From a virus (lineage: Duplodnaviria > Caudoviricetes): 60,277 nt of DNA. Of this stretch, positions 9,289 to 17,742 are shown in pieces; the first letter of the stretch is position 1; every line of letters starts with the position of its first letter. The translations under genes were made by a program, and so were the position numbers. The notes beneath the pieces are model-generated. The model was given only the letters and a program-made list of their open reading frames with translations, did no database searches and was not told where the DNA came from. The DNA lies in IMG/VR virus record IMGVR_UViG_3300042154_003205, positions 1 through 60,277 of that record, one strand, 5' to 3'.

Positions 9289-9633
9289 ATGGCAGACTTA
9301 TACACTATATGGGCAGATAAAGAAGGCGACATATCAGATATCGACTGGGTCAACGGAATGAAAAGTTTCTTTGATCATTTGATTGATGAGGGCCGAATGG
9401 AAACTTATAGAATCACACGCTGCAAGATGGGATTTCGTAGTATAGCAGACATGCCTGAATGGATGATCATCATGGAGTTTAAAGACATGGCACAAATGGA
9501 TCAAGCATTCAAACGTGTTGCTCCACTCAAAGGTGATCTTGAAACAAAACACAAAAGCTTCAATCAGTTTGTTAGTGGCAACATTCAACATGCATTGTTT
9601 AGAGATTGGCCAGATACCAACCTAGACGATTAA
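9289..9633 (+). CDS. DUF6614-like small alpha/beta-barrel protein
   Basis: Pattern of DLYTIW, RITRCKMG, MEFKDMAQMDQAF, H and ALFRDWPD; GGAG RBS. Confidence 0.55.
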   Translation: MADLYTIWADKEGDISDIDWVNGMKSFFDHLIDEGRMETYRITRCKMGFRSIADMPEWMIIMEFKDMAQMDQAFKRVAPLKGDLETKHKSFNQFVSGNIQHALFRDWPDTNLDD

Positions 9634-10020
9634 AGATGTACTGCGTACATCTGTTGATTTCACTTCGTTCATCAACGTATTGTCTTCTAAGTATCATCTA
9701 GATACTGTGGTCATAATTCACCGTATGCACGGTGAATTGACGGCATCATCTGAGTGACCGCAGTCATCTATTCTAAAGAGATTGTTGTTTCCAACACGGA
9801 GGCGGTTGACCGGTACCCCCTACTCTAGCTTCACGTATCAACGGAACCCTAGTAACCCGAAATAGATCCAAGTTCTAAGAGCACGGGTTGTATCTTTTTC
9901 ACATTGCCCGAATCGTTTGCTGCCTTAAGTTAGTAGCTGTTCTTTGACGCCCAAGTCTGGACCGGGTATTGCACCGTTCCTCAATGGGGCTGAGTCATTG
10001 CACTCAGCACAGAGTCGTGA
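9634..10020 (-). ncRNA. Candidate large structured non-coding RNA / structured DNA element
   Basis: ~390 bp without an ORF in an otherwise gene-dense genome. At least eight hairpins, including a perfect 10-bp stem (9715-9738), an 8-bp stem (9634-9652), a 7-bp stem (9989-10008) and a GAAA tetraloop on the minus strand (9784-9795). Confidence 0.55.
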
Positions 10021-10025
10021 TTAAA

Positions 10026-10418
10026 TTAAAGTTTAATGTGATTATGATAATGCAATAGAAACAAAGTAAAATCCTTGTCAAAAATATTAATGCTTACAAC
10101 TCCGTTGGCATTCCAAATTGTACTAAATTCTGTTGTGTCTAAGTGTGTTGGTTTAAACTCGCACAATTGCAACAGTACTTGCGGATTGATTTCTATATTG
10201 CCTAACCATAAATTAGAAAGTTTAACAAATTTATTATTTTGATTATTAAGTATGATTGAAATTTTGTTTGGTAATTTTATTTTGCAGTCTACTTTTACGG
10301 GTTGATTGTGTAATTGTTTTATATCAGATAGTATGTTTCCGTCACAATCTTGTATGACCACATCTACTGATTTGATACCTGGCTCAAATTCTAAGAATAA
10401 ATTTAGATCTGTGTTCAT
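10026..10418 (-). CDS. Hypothetical protein (AT-rich accessory gene)
   Basis: 130-aa ORF with ATGA overlap to the upstream radical SAM gene. Confidence 0.7.
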   Translation of the reverse strand: MNTDLNLFLEFEPGIKSVDVVIQDCDGNILSDIKQLHNQPVKVDCKIKLPNKISIILNNQNNKFVKLSNLWLGNIEINPQVLLQLCEFKPTHLDTTEFSTIWNANGVVSINIFDKDFTLFLLHYHNHIKL

Positions 10419-11761
10419 ACCACTACAAAATTACATTCTTTGCTACATATTTTTTTAAGTTCGTTATGATGAATTGTTCGTTGTGCTGGAGATATGTTTA
10501 ACTCTTGGTTAACCCATCCCCGTGCAGAATCTGCATTTATGATATTATATTTTTTAGAATCACGATATAATTGGGTGTTAGGTATAATGCCCAATGGTAC
10601 TATCTGTACTGACTTAACAGAATTATTTGCAAAATGTTTTCGATCTCTGAACCACTGTTTGATAGTTTCATAATCTTCATGTGTTTCCGATGGATACCCT
10701 GAGATCATCAATAAGTCTACTAGTATACTATACTTCTGTGTCATCTGTAAATGATAATCGAGGTCAGAGTTTTCAAAATTTTTGCCAAGGAGATGCCGCA
10801 CTCGAGGTATCACGCTTTCTACACCAAAAAACAAGATAGCATTGTTTTGTTGAAGTACAGCCCACATTTCTTCAGGATGGCTGTTTTGTGGTCGTATGAT
10901 AAATGACCCTTCCCAACTTATCTGTTCGCTTCTGAATTTTTTTTGATTGTACTCGGCAATCTTGACTATCAGTTTTCTGAACTCTCGTAGATTGCCATTG
11001 GTTATGCTGCTTCTAAAATCAAAGTGATAGACATGATGTTGGTCAATTTGATACATCATTTCGTCAAATATAAAGTCGGCTGATTTGTATTGAAACTTCT
11101 TCCATATTTCGATCACGTCACAAAATTCACAACTCCTTACACAACCACGACTATCAATTAATGGTATAGATGGTTCTCCGTACCAATAAAGATTGTAATC
11201 AGAATAATCAGGATATGGCAGTTTCATGAGATCCTCAACTGGTTGCCAAGTTGACGTATTGATTCCAGGATTTTCCATATTGCCTTGGATGTAGTTTAAA
11301 AATGATATCTCGCCATCACCACTGATGTAGTCGTTGATTAGCTTTGCTTTTTTTATTTTTTCAGCATAATCGTAATTTAATATACCTGGGCCACCTATCA
11401 CAATCATAGCGTTTGGAATCATCTGTTTTAACAATGCACATAACCATGTTGTAAATACTTGGCAATCAGCAGCAAACAAACTTAACCCAATGATTTTTGG
11501 GTTAAGTTTTACAATTTGATTTGCAGAATAATGCAACATTGAATTGACTTCATCAATGATCTCATCACGTATGATTTGGTTGTAAAAAAAATCTTTAAGA
11601 TAAGATTGATGGGTACTGGTTTTAAATTTTAAAAAAATATCTACATTGAGATCCAATGCTACACTATCAATGCCGTGCTGTGCCAGTACAGATTTAAGCA
11701 CTGCCGGAGCGGCTAGTGCTCTATTTGTTTCAATCAGTGGCATTGCTGCAATGACTATCAT
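10415..11761 (-). CDS. Cobalamin-binding domain radical SAM enzyme
   Basis: SRGCVRSCEFC (CxxxCxxC); N-terminal B12-binding-like segment (IIGLSLF, IVIGGPG, GDGE); GVES and GYPSET motifs. Confidence 0.85.
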   Translation of the reverse strand: MIVIAAMPLIETNRALAAPAVLKSVLAQHGIDSVALDLNVDIFLKFKTSTHQSYLKDFFYNQIIRDEIIDEVNSMLHYSANQIVKLNPKIIGLSLFAADCQVFTTWLCALLKQMIPNAMIVIGGPGILNYDYAEKIKKAKLINDYISGDGEISFLNYIQGNMENPGINTSTWQPVEDLMKLPYPDYSDYNLYWYGEPSIPLIDSRGCVRSCEFCDVIEIWKKFQYKSADFIFDEMMYQIDQHHVYHFDFRSSITNGNLREFRKLIVKIAEYNQKKFRSEQISWEGSFIIRPQNSHPEEMWAVLQQNNAILFFGVESVIPRVRHLLGKNFENSDLDYHLQMTQKYSILVDLLMISGYPSETHEDYETIKQWFRDRKHFANNSVKSVQIVPLGIIPNTQLYRDSKKYNIINADSARGWVNQELNISPAQRTIHHNELKKICSKECNFVVV

Positions 11762-11766
11762 GTTGA

Positions 11767-12195
11767 TTAAATTTTGTTTATGATGTGTGAGCCATGTACT
11801 CTGACTGAGATATGGCCATTGTAATATCCTGTTGATTCCAATACTCGCCTTGCAAACTGTTCTCTTGCCTCAATGTAACTACATTCAGACTTTGATTTGC
11901 AATAGTAAAGTATTTCTCTGGAGAAGTTTTCGGTGCCTAGTGTGATTACGTCTGCGGTTAATTCTGGGCTTGACCCGTAGTACTCACGCCAGTCTGAATC
12001 GACTTTTGTTCGTATCTTCTTCCGCTTTTTGATGCCGTTCTTTTGTTTTACTGTCTTGTAGGTTGTTTTACTAAATTTCGCTAATTTTTTGCCTATGTAC
12101 TTGCGTCCAGATAGATTATTTGTGATCTGATAAACAAATCCCACACATTCTTCGGGTAAAGTCTCAACTGGGGTGTCTTGATATTGCCATGTCAT
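11767..12195 (-). CDS. Stand-alone GIY-YIG endonuclease
   Basis: GFVYQITN...KYIGKK, YYGSS, FSREIL, catalytic E (YIEARE) and YYN; Lys-rich insertion; no C-terminal DNA-binding extension. Confidence 0.85.
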   Translation of the reverse strand: MTWQYQDTPVETLPEECVGFVYQITNNLSGRKYIGKKLAKFSKTTYKTVKQKNGIKKRKKIRTKVDSDWREYYGSSPELTADVITLGTENFSREILYYCKSKSECSYIEAREQFARRVLESTGYYNGHISVRVHGSHIINKI

Positions 12196-12228
12196 GTGAG
12201 TTTTGGGGAATTGCCTTTCGTGCTATAG

Positions 12229-12813
12229 TTATGCCTTGTGTTCAAAGTTCACGTAAAAAGTTGCCTCTTCTATCACAGTATTCGGAGACACTGTGGTAGC
12301 GTATCTTATAAAATTGCTAATATCTGTTAATGCTATACCGTTTCCAGTCCAAGTAGGTCTGCTACGGCTTAGTTCTGTATTCAATCGATCTGGTGTGATC
12401 AACGTGGTTCTAAACTTCACTAGATTTTGTTTGAATGATTGCGTGCCTTGTCGGCTAGCGTGACTAATCGCTGCCTTGGCCACACGATATGTTTCAAATC
12501 TTGGTTCTGGCGCAACAATGTGTTTTTCACCTGAACTACCAACGTTGAAGATCCAACCACTCTTGCCAGCAGTTCGCCAGGCATCATACACAGCAAAATA
12601 CAACTGCGCCTGACCAAAATTGGCCCAGGATTCTTGTGGGGGACCATCAAATGCATTGTTTACAAACACATCGTATTCTAAACTCAGCGTGGCAATCTCC
12701 TGTGTATTATGATTGATATCAAATCCATTGGCACGACTTGCACTGTCTGCACCAAACACATCAGCTAGATGTTGCCCTAGTCCTCGGCTGCCACCTGTTA
12801 CTAACATTTTCAT
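12229..12813 (-). CDS. Short-chain dehydrogenase/reductase
   Basis: TGGSRGLG, FVNNA and YRVAK (YxxxK). Start at 12813 has an AAGGAGG RBS and an ATGA overlap. Confidence 0.8.
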   Translation of the reverse strand: MKMLVTGGSRGLGQHLADVFGADSASRANGFDINHNTQEIATLSLEYDVFVNNAFDGPPQESWANFGQAQLYFAVYDAWRTAGKSGWIFNVGSSGEKHIVAPEPRFETYRVAKAAISHASRQGTQSFKQNLVKFRTTLITPDRLNTELSRSRPTWTGNGIALTDISNFIRYATTVSPNTVIEEATFYVNFEHKA

Positions 12814-13913
12814 TTGTTGGATCCTCCTTGATCCCATACTTTTGTAAATTGTTCACCGCAGGTCATTGCGCATTCAAACAGTCTATTACTGTTGTTGAAT
12901 GACGCTGAGAGATCAGACCAAAATTCATTGGCAAATATTTCAGGCAACGTGTTGTGATGTATGTTCAAATTGTCTAGCCCATACCGTTCTAAAAATTCAC
13001 GCACTTGATTTTTACCATTCACGGTACTCAACGGGTTGGCGCCAGGCAATGTGCCATCTCTAAATCTTGCATCATACAAATTGTGATTGAAAAAATTACA
13101 AGGCAATACTGTGCCTTCAGCATTAATTGCTACCTTGTTGCCCTTCAAGGCATCACAACGTATGGGTGTGGTGTCAAAATATTCTTTAATGTTGATATGT
13201 TGTTTTTTAAGCTCAGGCAAATATTGCATGCTACGATTTCTATACTGCTCTTGGCTGGGAGGCTCAAGCACATAATTTTCGTTGGCCACAGGCCATGAAT
13301 CCAGTTCAGTCATGGTGTGGTGATCTAAAAATCTACCGGTTTTGCGTATCAGTACATTTTGAAATCCCAAAGCCTTGCCGTATTGTTTGACCAAGTCAAT
13401 TTGATATTCATTATGTTTGAACACAATGAAGTTCCATTGTGCCCGCCCACCTGCGTTGATAAAAGCAGTGGCATTGTCGATAACCTTGTTGTATTGTACA
13501 TTCTTTCTGTACAAATGTAAAGTGTCAGCTAATCCATCAATGCCAAAGTCTATTTGCCCATATCCATTCATGATACCAGCTATCTCTGCCCAATAGTCAG
13601 CGTCATGTGCTCCGCCATTGGTGTGTATGTACAACCACAGCGTGGGATTTTTAGATCTAAAGTCACGTAGTATTGCCAAGAAATCTGGATGCATTATGGG
13701 ATCACCATAACTGCCACAGAAAAACACTTGCTTTAGTCGCTGGCATAATTCACGGTCAAACACTTGATCAATTGTCACACGTGATAAGTGTACAAGTGGC
13801 ATGTAAGGATTGATACCTGTGCCTAATTTGTTACGGGGACACTGAGGACAGGCAGCATTACAATAAGAGGTAATTTCTATCTGATACTCCGCAATATTTT
13901 TGTAGTTAAACAT
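12810..13913 (-). CDS. Radical SAM protein with SPASM/twitch-like C-terminal cysteines
   Basis: CNAACPQC, CGSYGDP, HTNGG, FGIDG, GTVLPC and CAMTCG. ATG at 13913 (ORF track extends to a TTG at 13928). Confidence 0.88.
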   Translation of the reverse strand: MFNYKNIAEYQIEITSYCNAACPQCPRNKLGTGINPYMPLVHLSRVTIDQVFDRELCQRLKQVFFCGSYGDPIMHPDFLAILRDFRSKNPTLWLYIHTNGGAHDADYWAEIAGIMNGYGQIDFGIDGLADTLHLYRKNVQYNKVIDNATAFINAGGRAQWNFIVFKHNEYQIDLVKQYGKALGFQNVLIRKTGRFLDHHTMTELDSWPVANENYVLEPPSQEQYRNRSMQYLPELKKQHINIKEYFDTTPIRCDALKGNKVAINAEGTVLPCNFFNHNLYDARFRDGTLPGANPLSTVNGKNQVREFLERYGLDNLNIHHNTLPEIFANEFWSDLSASFNNSNRLFECAMTCGEQFTKVWDQGGSNK

Positions 13914-13941
13914 AGGGCAACTTTTCAAACATGATTGATTT

Positions 13942-14691
13942 TTAGGTCAACACTTTAAATTTTTTTCCAGCTAGAGACAACATACAATATTTTTCCTCTA
14001 GTGTTAGGCCTGCACAATTGTAATCAAAGTTGTTGTGTTGAATTAACTGAGTAAAGACCGTACTGGGCATGAATTTTTTATTTTGTTCAGTCCATTCAGA
14101 GTAATAAACTTGGCATTTTTGCGAAATTTCTAAATCAACTTGTTTTAGAGCTGTAACAAAAATGTCCCACCCACTGAGTATATCTTGTAGAGAGATCTGT
14201 TGATCACTGAGTGGCTTGTTCTGCACTAGATCCTGAGCATAGTTAAAGCAATTGAATTTGTACAGTAACTCTGGGTCTTTGATCTTGGACATTAAAACAT
14301 GATAATTTAATATCTCTGGATTTTTTTGCAAACTGGCTTTGATCACAAACGGCATGAATTCTGGACCAGCAACAATGTCAATCACTGGATATGGAAAATC
14401 AAAGTAACAATGGGTTTTAAGCATCCAATGTGCTGTTAAATCACTTTGATCTAGCTGACAAAGTTGATCAAACAATTGAAGTTTGTTGACAGCAGAAAAA
14501 TTGATCAATGACATTTGTGAAATTTGATCGTATTTGAAACTCTGGCAATAATTGTGATCTATCAAAGTTTGCCCATTGTGCAATGAAATGTAGCGATTTT
14601 GGCTTTGTAAATGTTGATCAGAATCCAATAACAATTTCAACACAGTGTCACCGGCCATGCCAGACTGCCATCTTAATAATTTTATTGGCAT
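13942..14691 (-). CDS. Hypothetical protein (possible sulfotransferase/P-loop-like fold)
   Basis: 249-aa AT-rich ORF; N-terminal RWQSGMAGD loop and LKTH motif. Confidence 0.5.
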   Translation of the reverse strand: MPIKLLRWQSGMAGDTVLKLLLDSDQHLQSQNRYISLHNGQTLIDHNYCQSFKYDQISQMSLINFSAVNKLQLFDQLCQLDQSDLTAHWMLKTHCYFDFPYPVIDIVAGPEFMPFVIKASLQKNPEILNYHVLMSKIKDPELLYKFNCFNYAQDLVQNKPLSDQQISLQDILSGWDIFVTALKQVDLEISQKCQVYYSEWTEQNKKFMPSTVFTQLIQHNNFDYNCAGLTLEEKYCMLSLAGKKFKVLT

Positions 14692-15197
14692 ATTACTACA
14701 GTGTCGTCAACTATGACACCTCCCAGTAAATCAGCAATATCCATAGCTGAGTATTTGAGTCGATTGTAATCAAATCTACACAACGGCAAAGTCACAATGA
14801 TTTTTTCTGTGAAATTTTTGAGGTGGTTGATGTCTTTGTGAATTTCCTGCCATGGTCTATACTGCATAAAGATTGTTGAATGTAAAATTAACAAGTTTGC
14901 TGGCGCTAATTTTTTTATCACGTAGTGCAAAAGATTACATTGTGATGGATCTATAAAAATTGTATTTGGTTTCCAGTCAACATCTATGTGTGAAAACATT
15001 TTTGGTTCTATATAGTTGGCCAAAAAATTAAGACGTGGGCCACCAGAAAACAACACCAATGTCGAGCCAGTGACCAATTGCATTGTAACATAGTGTAACA
15101 CAGTGTCAGAGATGTCATACAAATTACATTCATATTGTTGTCGAGCATGAATTAAATTTGAACTTATGTCAGAAGAAATTTTTGTTAGTATTTTCAT
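14682..15197 (-). CDS. Hypothetical protein
   Basis: 171-aa AT-rich ORF overlapping both neighbours in the operon. Confidence 0.65.
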   Translation of the reverse strand: MKILTKISSDISSNLIHARQQYECNLYDISDTVLHYVTMQLVTGSTLVLFSGGPRLNFLANYIEPKMFSHIDVDWKPNTIFIDPSQCNLLHYVIKKLAPANLLILHSTIFMQYRPWQEIHKDINHLKNFTEKIIVTLPLCRFDYNRLKYSAMDIADLLGGVIVDDTVVICQ

Positions 15198-15639
15198 TTA
15201 TAAAATAAAATCTAGTCAATGGATGCACCCAATTGAATCTTCGACCACCGTCTACTGTTCCGCTATAATAACGAAGTAACGGAAACTGAACACGGTCAAT
15301 AATAAAGTTATATAACGCAGAGTCATAATTTGCATTGATATCTTGTTGTGGTATAGGCTGCAAAAGAAATTTGTTTAGCGACAAATAAAAAATTCCATTT
15401 AACGGTAAACACTTAATTTCTTTATTACAAGTTTCCACAACTTGTTCCAAGTCAAAAAATGAATTTACCAGATAGATACACATGTCTCCTGCAGCACTTT
15501 TTTTTCCTAAGATATCTTCTAGATGTTTGCTATCGCCAATGTATTTAATTTTATGAATATCATTGTGTGTGACAAAATCCAGCAGCTCATGGTCTTGTAA
15601 AATCATGTCTCCGTGGTACCATTGTAAATGAATATTCAT
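15169..15639 (-). CDS. Hypothetical protein
   Basis: 156-aa AT-rich ORF in the operon. Confidence 0.65.
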   Translation of the reverse strand: MNIHLQWYHGDMILQDHELLDFVTHNDIHKIKYIGDSKHLEDILGKKSAAGDMCIYLVNSFFDLEQVVETCNKEIKCLPLNGIFYLSLNKFLLQPIPQQDINANYDSALYNFIIDRVQFPLLRYYSGTVDGGRRFNWVHPLTRFYFINENTNKNFF

Positions 15640-15660
15640 AGTGATTAAACTATAAATTGC

Positions 15661-17742
15661 TTATGTAACATCAACATCGGTGTTATAACTAGTAAATCCA
15701 TTTTCTTTCACAACACGCAAAATATTTTCCACACGGCTGGTCAGTTCGTCTCTGTGCGATACCAACCAAACTGATTTGTTGCGCTCACGGGTCATTTTCT
15801 TCAGCAATGCCAGAGCGTTTTCTACACCTTGTGTGTCCAAACCAGAATCAATCATTTCGTCAATAAACAAAATGTTAATAGGGTGATACAAACTTTCCCA
15901 CACATCACGGAATGCCCATGACATACTTAAAATAAGTCTATTGCGTTCACCGCGACTCAAGTTGTCAAAGTCCAATTCACGTCCCAGTTCCTCGATGCTT
16001 ACACTCAAATCGTTTTGGAACTTCACGGTGTGTGGCAATCCAATTCGATCCAGATACCATGTGAGTCGAGCGTTCAGGTAACTCAAGTTTTGATCAATAA
16101 TCTTCTTGCGAACAAAACTGTCCTTGCTTGTGAGCAGTTTCAACAAGAACTCTTGATGATCTTGTATTTTGGTCAGTTCGTTAATCTTGTTGTAGTCAAC
16201 AACTTGCAATGCTTGTTGTTGCATGTCATCAATCTGTTCGCTGTAGGGATCAGTTTCAGCGTGTTTGCTGGTGATCTGTTGTAGTAAATTATTTACCTGT
16301 GCAGAGTGCTTAACAGCCTGTGCTTCTGTGTCGTAATGTGTAACAGGAGGAGCACCCAGTTCCACAGGCACATGGCCTGCAAGTTGTTCAACATAAGGAT
16401 CTGCTTCTGCTGATTTGTCCTCAATCTTTTGCTGTAAGTTTTCTACTTCACTGCTGTGTCGAATGGCTTCTGCTTCAGTTTTGTAGTAGGTAGTAGGTTT
16501 GACCCCCAGCTCGCCCAATGCTTTGAGTGAATCAGTATTTTCAATCCACTGACCGTTGGTGGACAAGGCTTGTAGTGCAGACTCTTGTAACGCCTTGTGT
16601 TTGGCTTCCAGCACACTTTCGTGAGCACCGTCATGAAACTCTTGACCACAGGCATAACACTTATGTGCTTCTAGCTCAGCAATCTCTACTCGCAGTTTAT
16701 CTGAAGTCTTTTGTTCTCGAGCTTCATCTGTGACACAACGAGCAATTAGTTTTTCAAGTTCGGCAATGTCCTTGACCTTTTGATTATACGCGGCTAAGTC
16801 TTGGTGTGCTTGTAGTTCTGCAGCAATGTCAATATGACCGAGTTGAACGTAACTGACTTTTAACGCTGCAATCTCTTTGGTTTGTGTTTGTTGCCATGCA
16901 GTTTGATATGCCAACAATCGATCATGTGAATCTGCTTGCTTTTTCTTTTCATTCCACACAGCAAGATCTTTGTGTGCCAACAGTTCTGCTTCAATATTGA
17001 CTCGGGCTAGATCATCGTATTGCCCCACAAGATAAGCCAAGTCGCTGTCGTATTTCTTTTGCCACAGCCCCTGTCTACGGCGCAGGCTTTCGATTTGTTC
17101 TTCAATACGCTTGTTGGCTTCTTGCACTGCACGTACTCTAAACTCTTCAGAGGTAATTGAGTCTTTGGTGGCCTTGTTGAGTTCCTTGATACGCTCAGCA
17201 CGTTCACTCAATACTGTAATACCCAACAACTGCTCAATTATGGTACGTTGTTCGTTGGCTTTCAAACTCAAGAACGGCTCTGTGTAGGTGTTCAAGGCCA
17301 GGATATGTTTGAACATGTCATGGCTCATGCCAAACACACGTTCAATAGCATCTTGTGTTTCACGACTGTCACCTTGGGCATCGTCTGTGGCAGTTTGTTC
17401 TTCGCTGTCCACATAGAAGCGCAACACATTGGGCTTGCGCCCACGTTCAATCTTGTATGTTTTACCATTCACAGCAAAGTCAAGACTGACCAACATGCCT
17501 TTGCCATTGGTTTTGTTTACCAGATTGTCCTTGCGAATATTGCTTAGAGCATTGCCGTATAATGCATAACTCAGTGCATTGATGATTGTGGTCTTGCCTG
17601 TGCCGTTACGAGATCCGTCACCGCCTAGGTCCAAGTTCTCACCCAGTACCAAGGTAAGGTCTTGACGGTCAAAGTCAATACCCTGTGTGGCATTGCCCAC
17701 ACTCATAAAGTTCTTAACGGTAAGATTTTTAATTTGGATCAT
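15661..17742 (-). CDS. gp46: Recombination endonuclease ATPase subunit (gp46/SbcC/Rad50)
   Basis: KNFMSVGN, Walker A NGTGKTT, zinc hook CYAC, signature LSRGE, Walker B FIDE and VSH. Confidence 0.95.
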   Translation of the reverse strand: MIQIKNLTVKNFMSVGNATQGIDFDRQDLTLVLGENLDLGGDGSRNGTGKTTIINALSYALYGNALSNIRKDNLVNKTNGKGMLVSLDFAVNGKTYKIERGRKPNVLRFYVDSEEQTATDDAQGDSRETQDAIERVFGMSHDMFKHILALNTYTEPFLSLKANEQRTIIEQLLGITVLSERAERIKELNKATKDSITSEEFRVRAVQEANKRIEEQIESLRRRQGLWQKKYDSDLAYLVGQYDDLARVNIEAELLAHKDLAVWNEKKKQADSHDRLLAYQTAWQQTQTKEIAALKVSYVQLGHIDIAAELQAHQDLAAYNQKVKDIAELEKLIARCVTDEAREQKTSDKLRVEIAELEAHKCYACGQEFHDGAHESVLEAKHKALQESALQALSTNGQWIENTDSLKALGELGVKPTTYYKTEAEAIRHSSEVENLQQKIEDKSAEADPYVEQLAGHVPVELGAPPVTHYDTEAQAVKHSAQVNNLLQQITSKHAETDPYSEQIDDMQQQALQVVDYNKINELTKIQDHQEFLLKLLTSKDSFVRKKIIDQNLSYLNARLTWYLDRIGLPHTVKFQNDLSVSIEELGRELDFDNLSRGERNRLILSMSWAFRDVWESLYHPINILFIDEMIDSGLDTQGVENALALLKKMTRERNKSVWLVSHRDELTSRVENILRVVKENGFTSYNTDVDVT

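Noticed and set aside
9634-10020. Structured element as a group I intron, tRNA/tmRNA or RNase P RNA
   Set aside because: There is no interrupted gene, no recognisable P7 (R/S) elements and no T-loop/CCA end. GAGGAA...GUCC and UAGAUGACUG faintly recall RNase P, but I could not form the P2 or P4 pairings.
11767-12195. GIY-YIG gene as a mobile homing endonuclease within an intron
   Set aside because: It has no DNA-binding extension and interrupts no gene, so it looks like a stand-alone nuclease.
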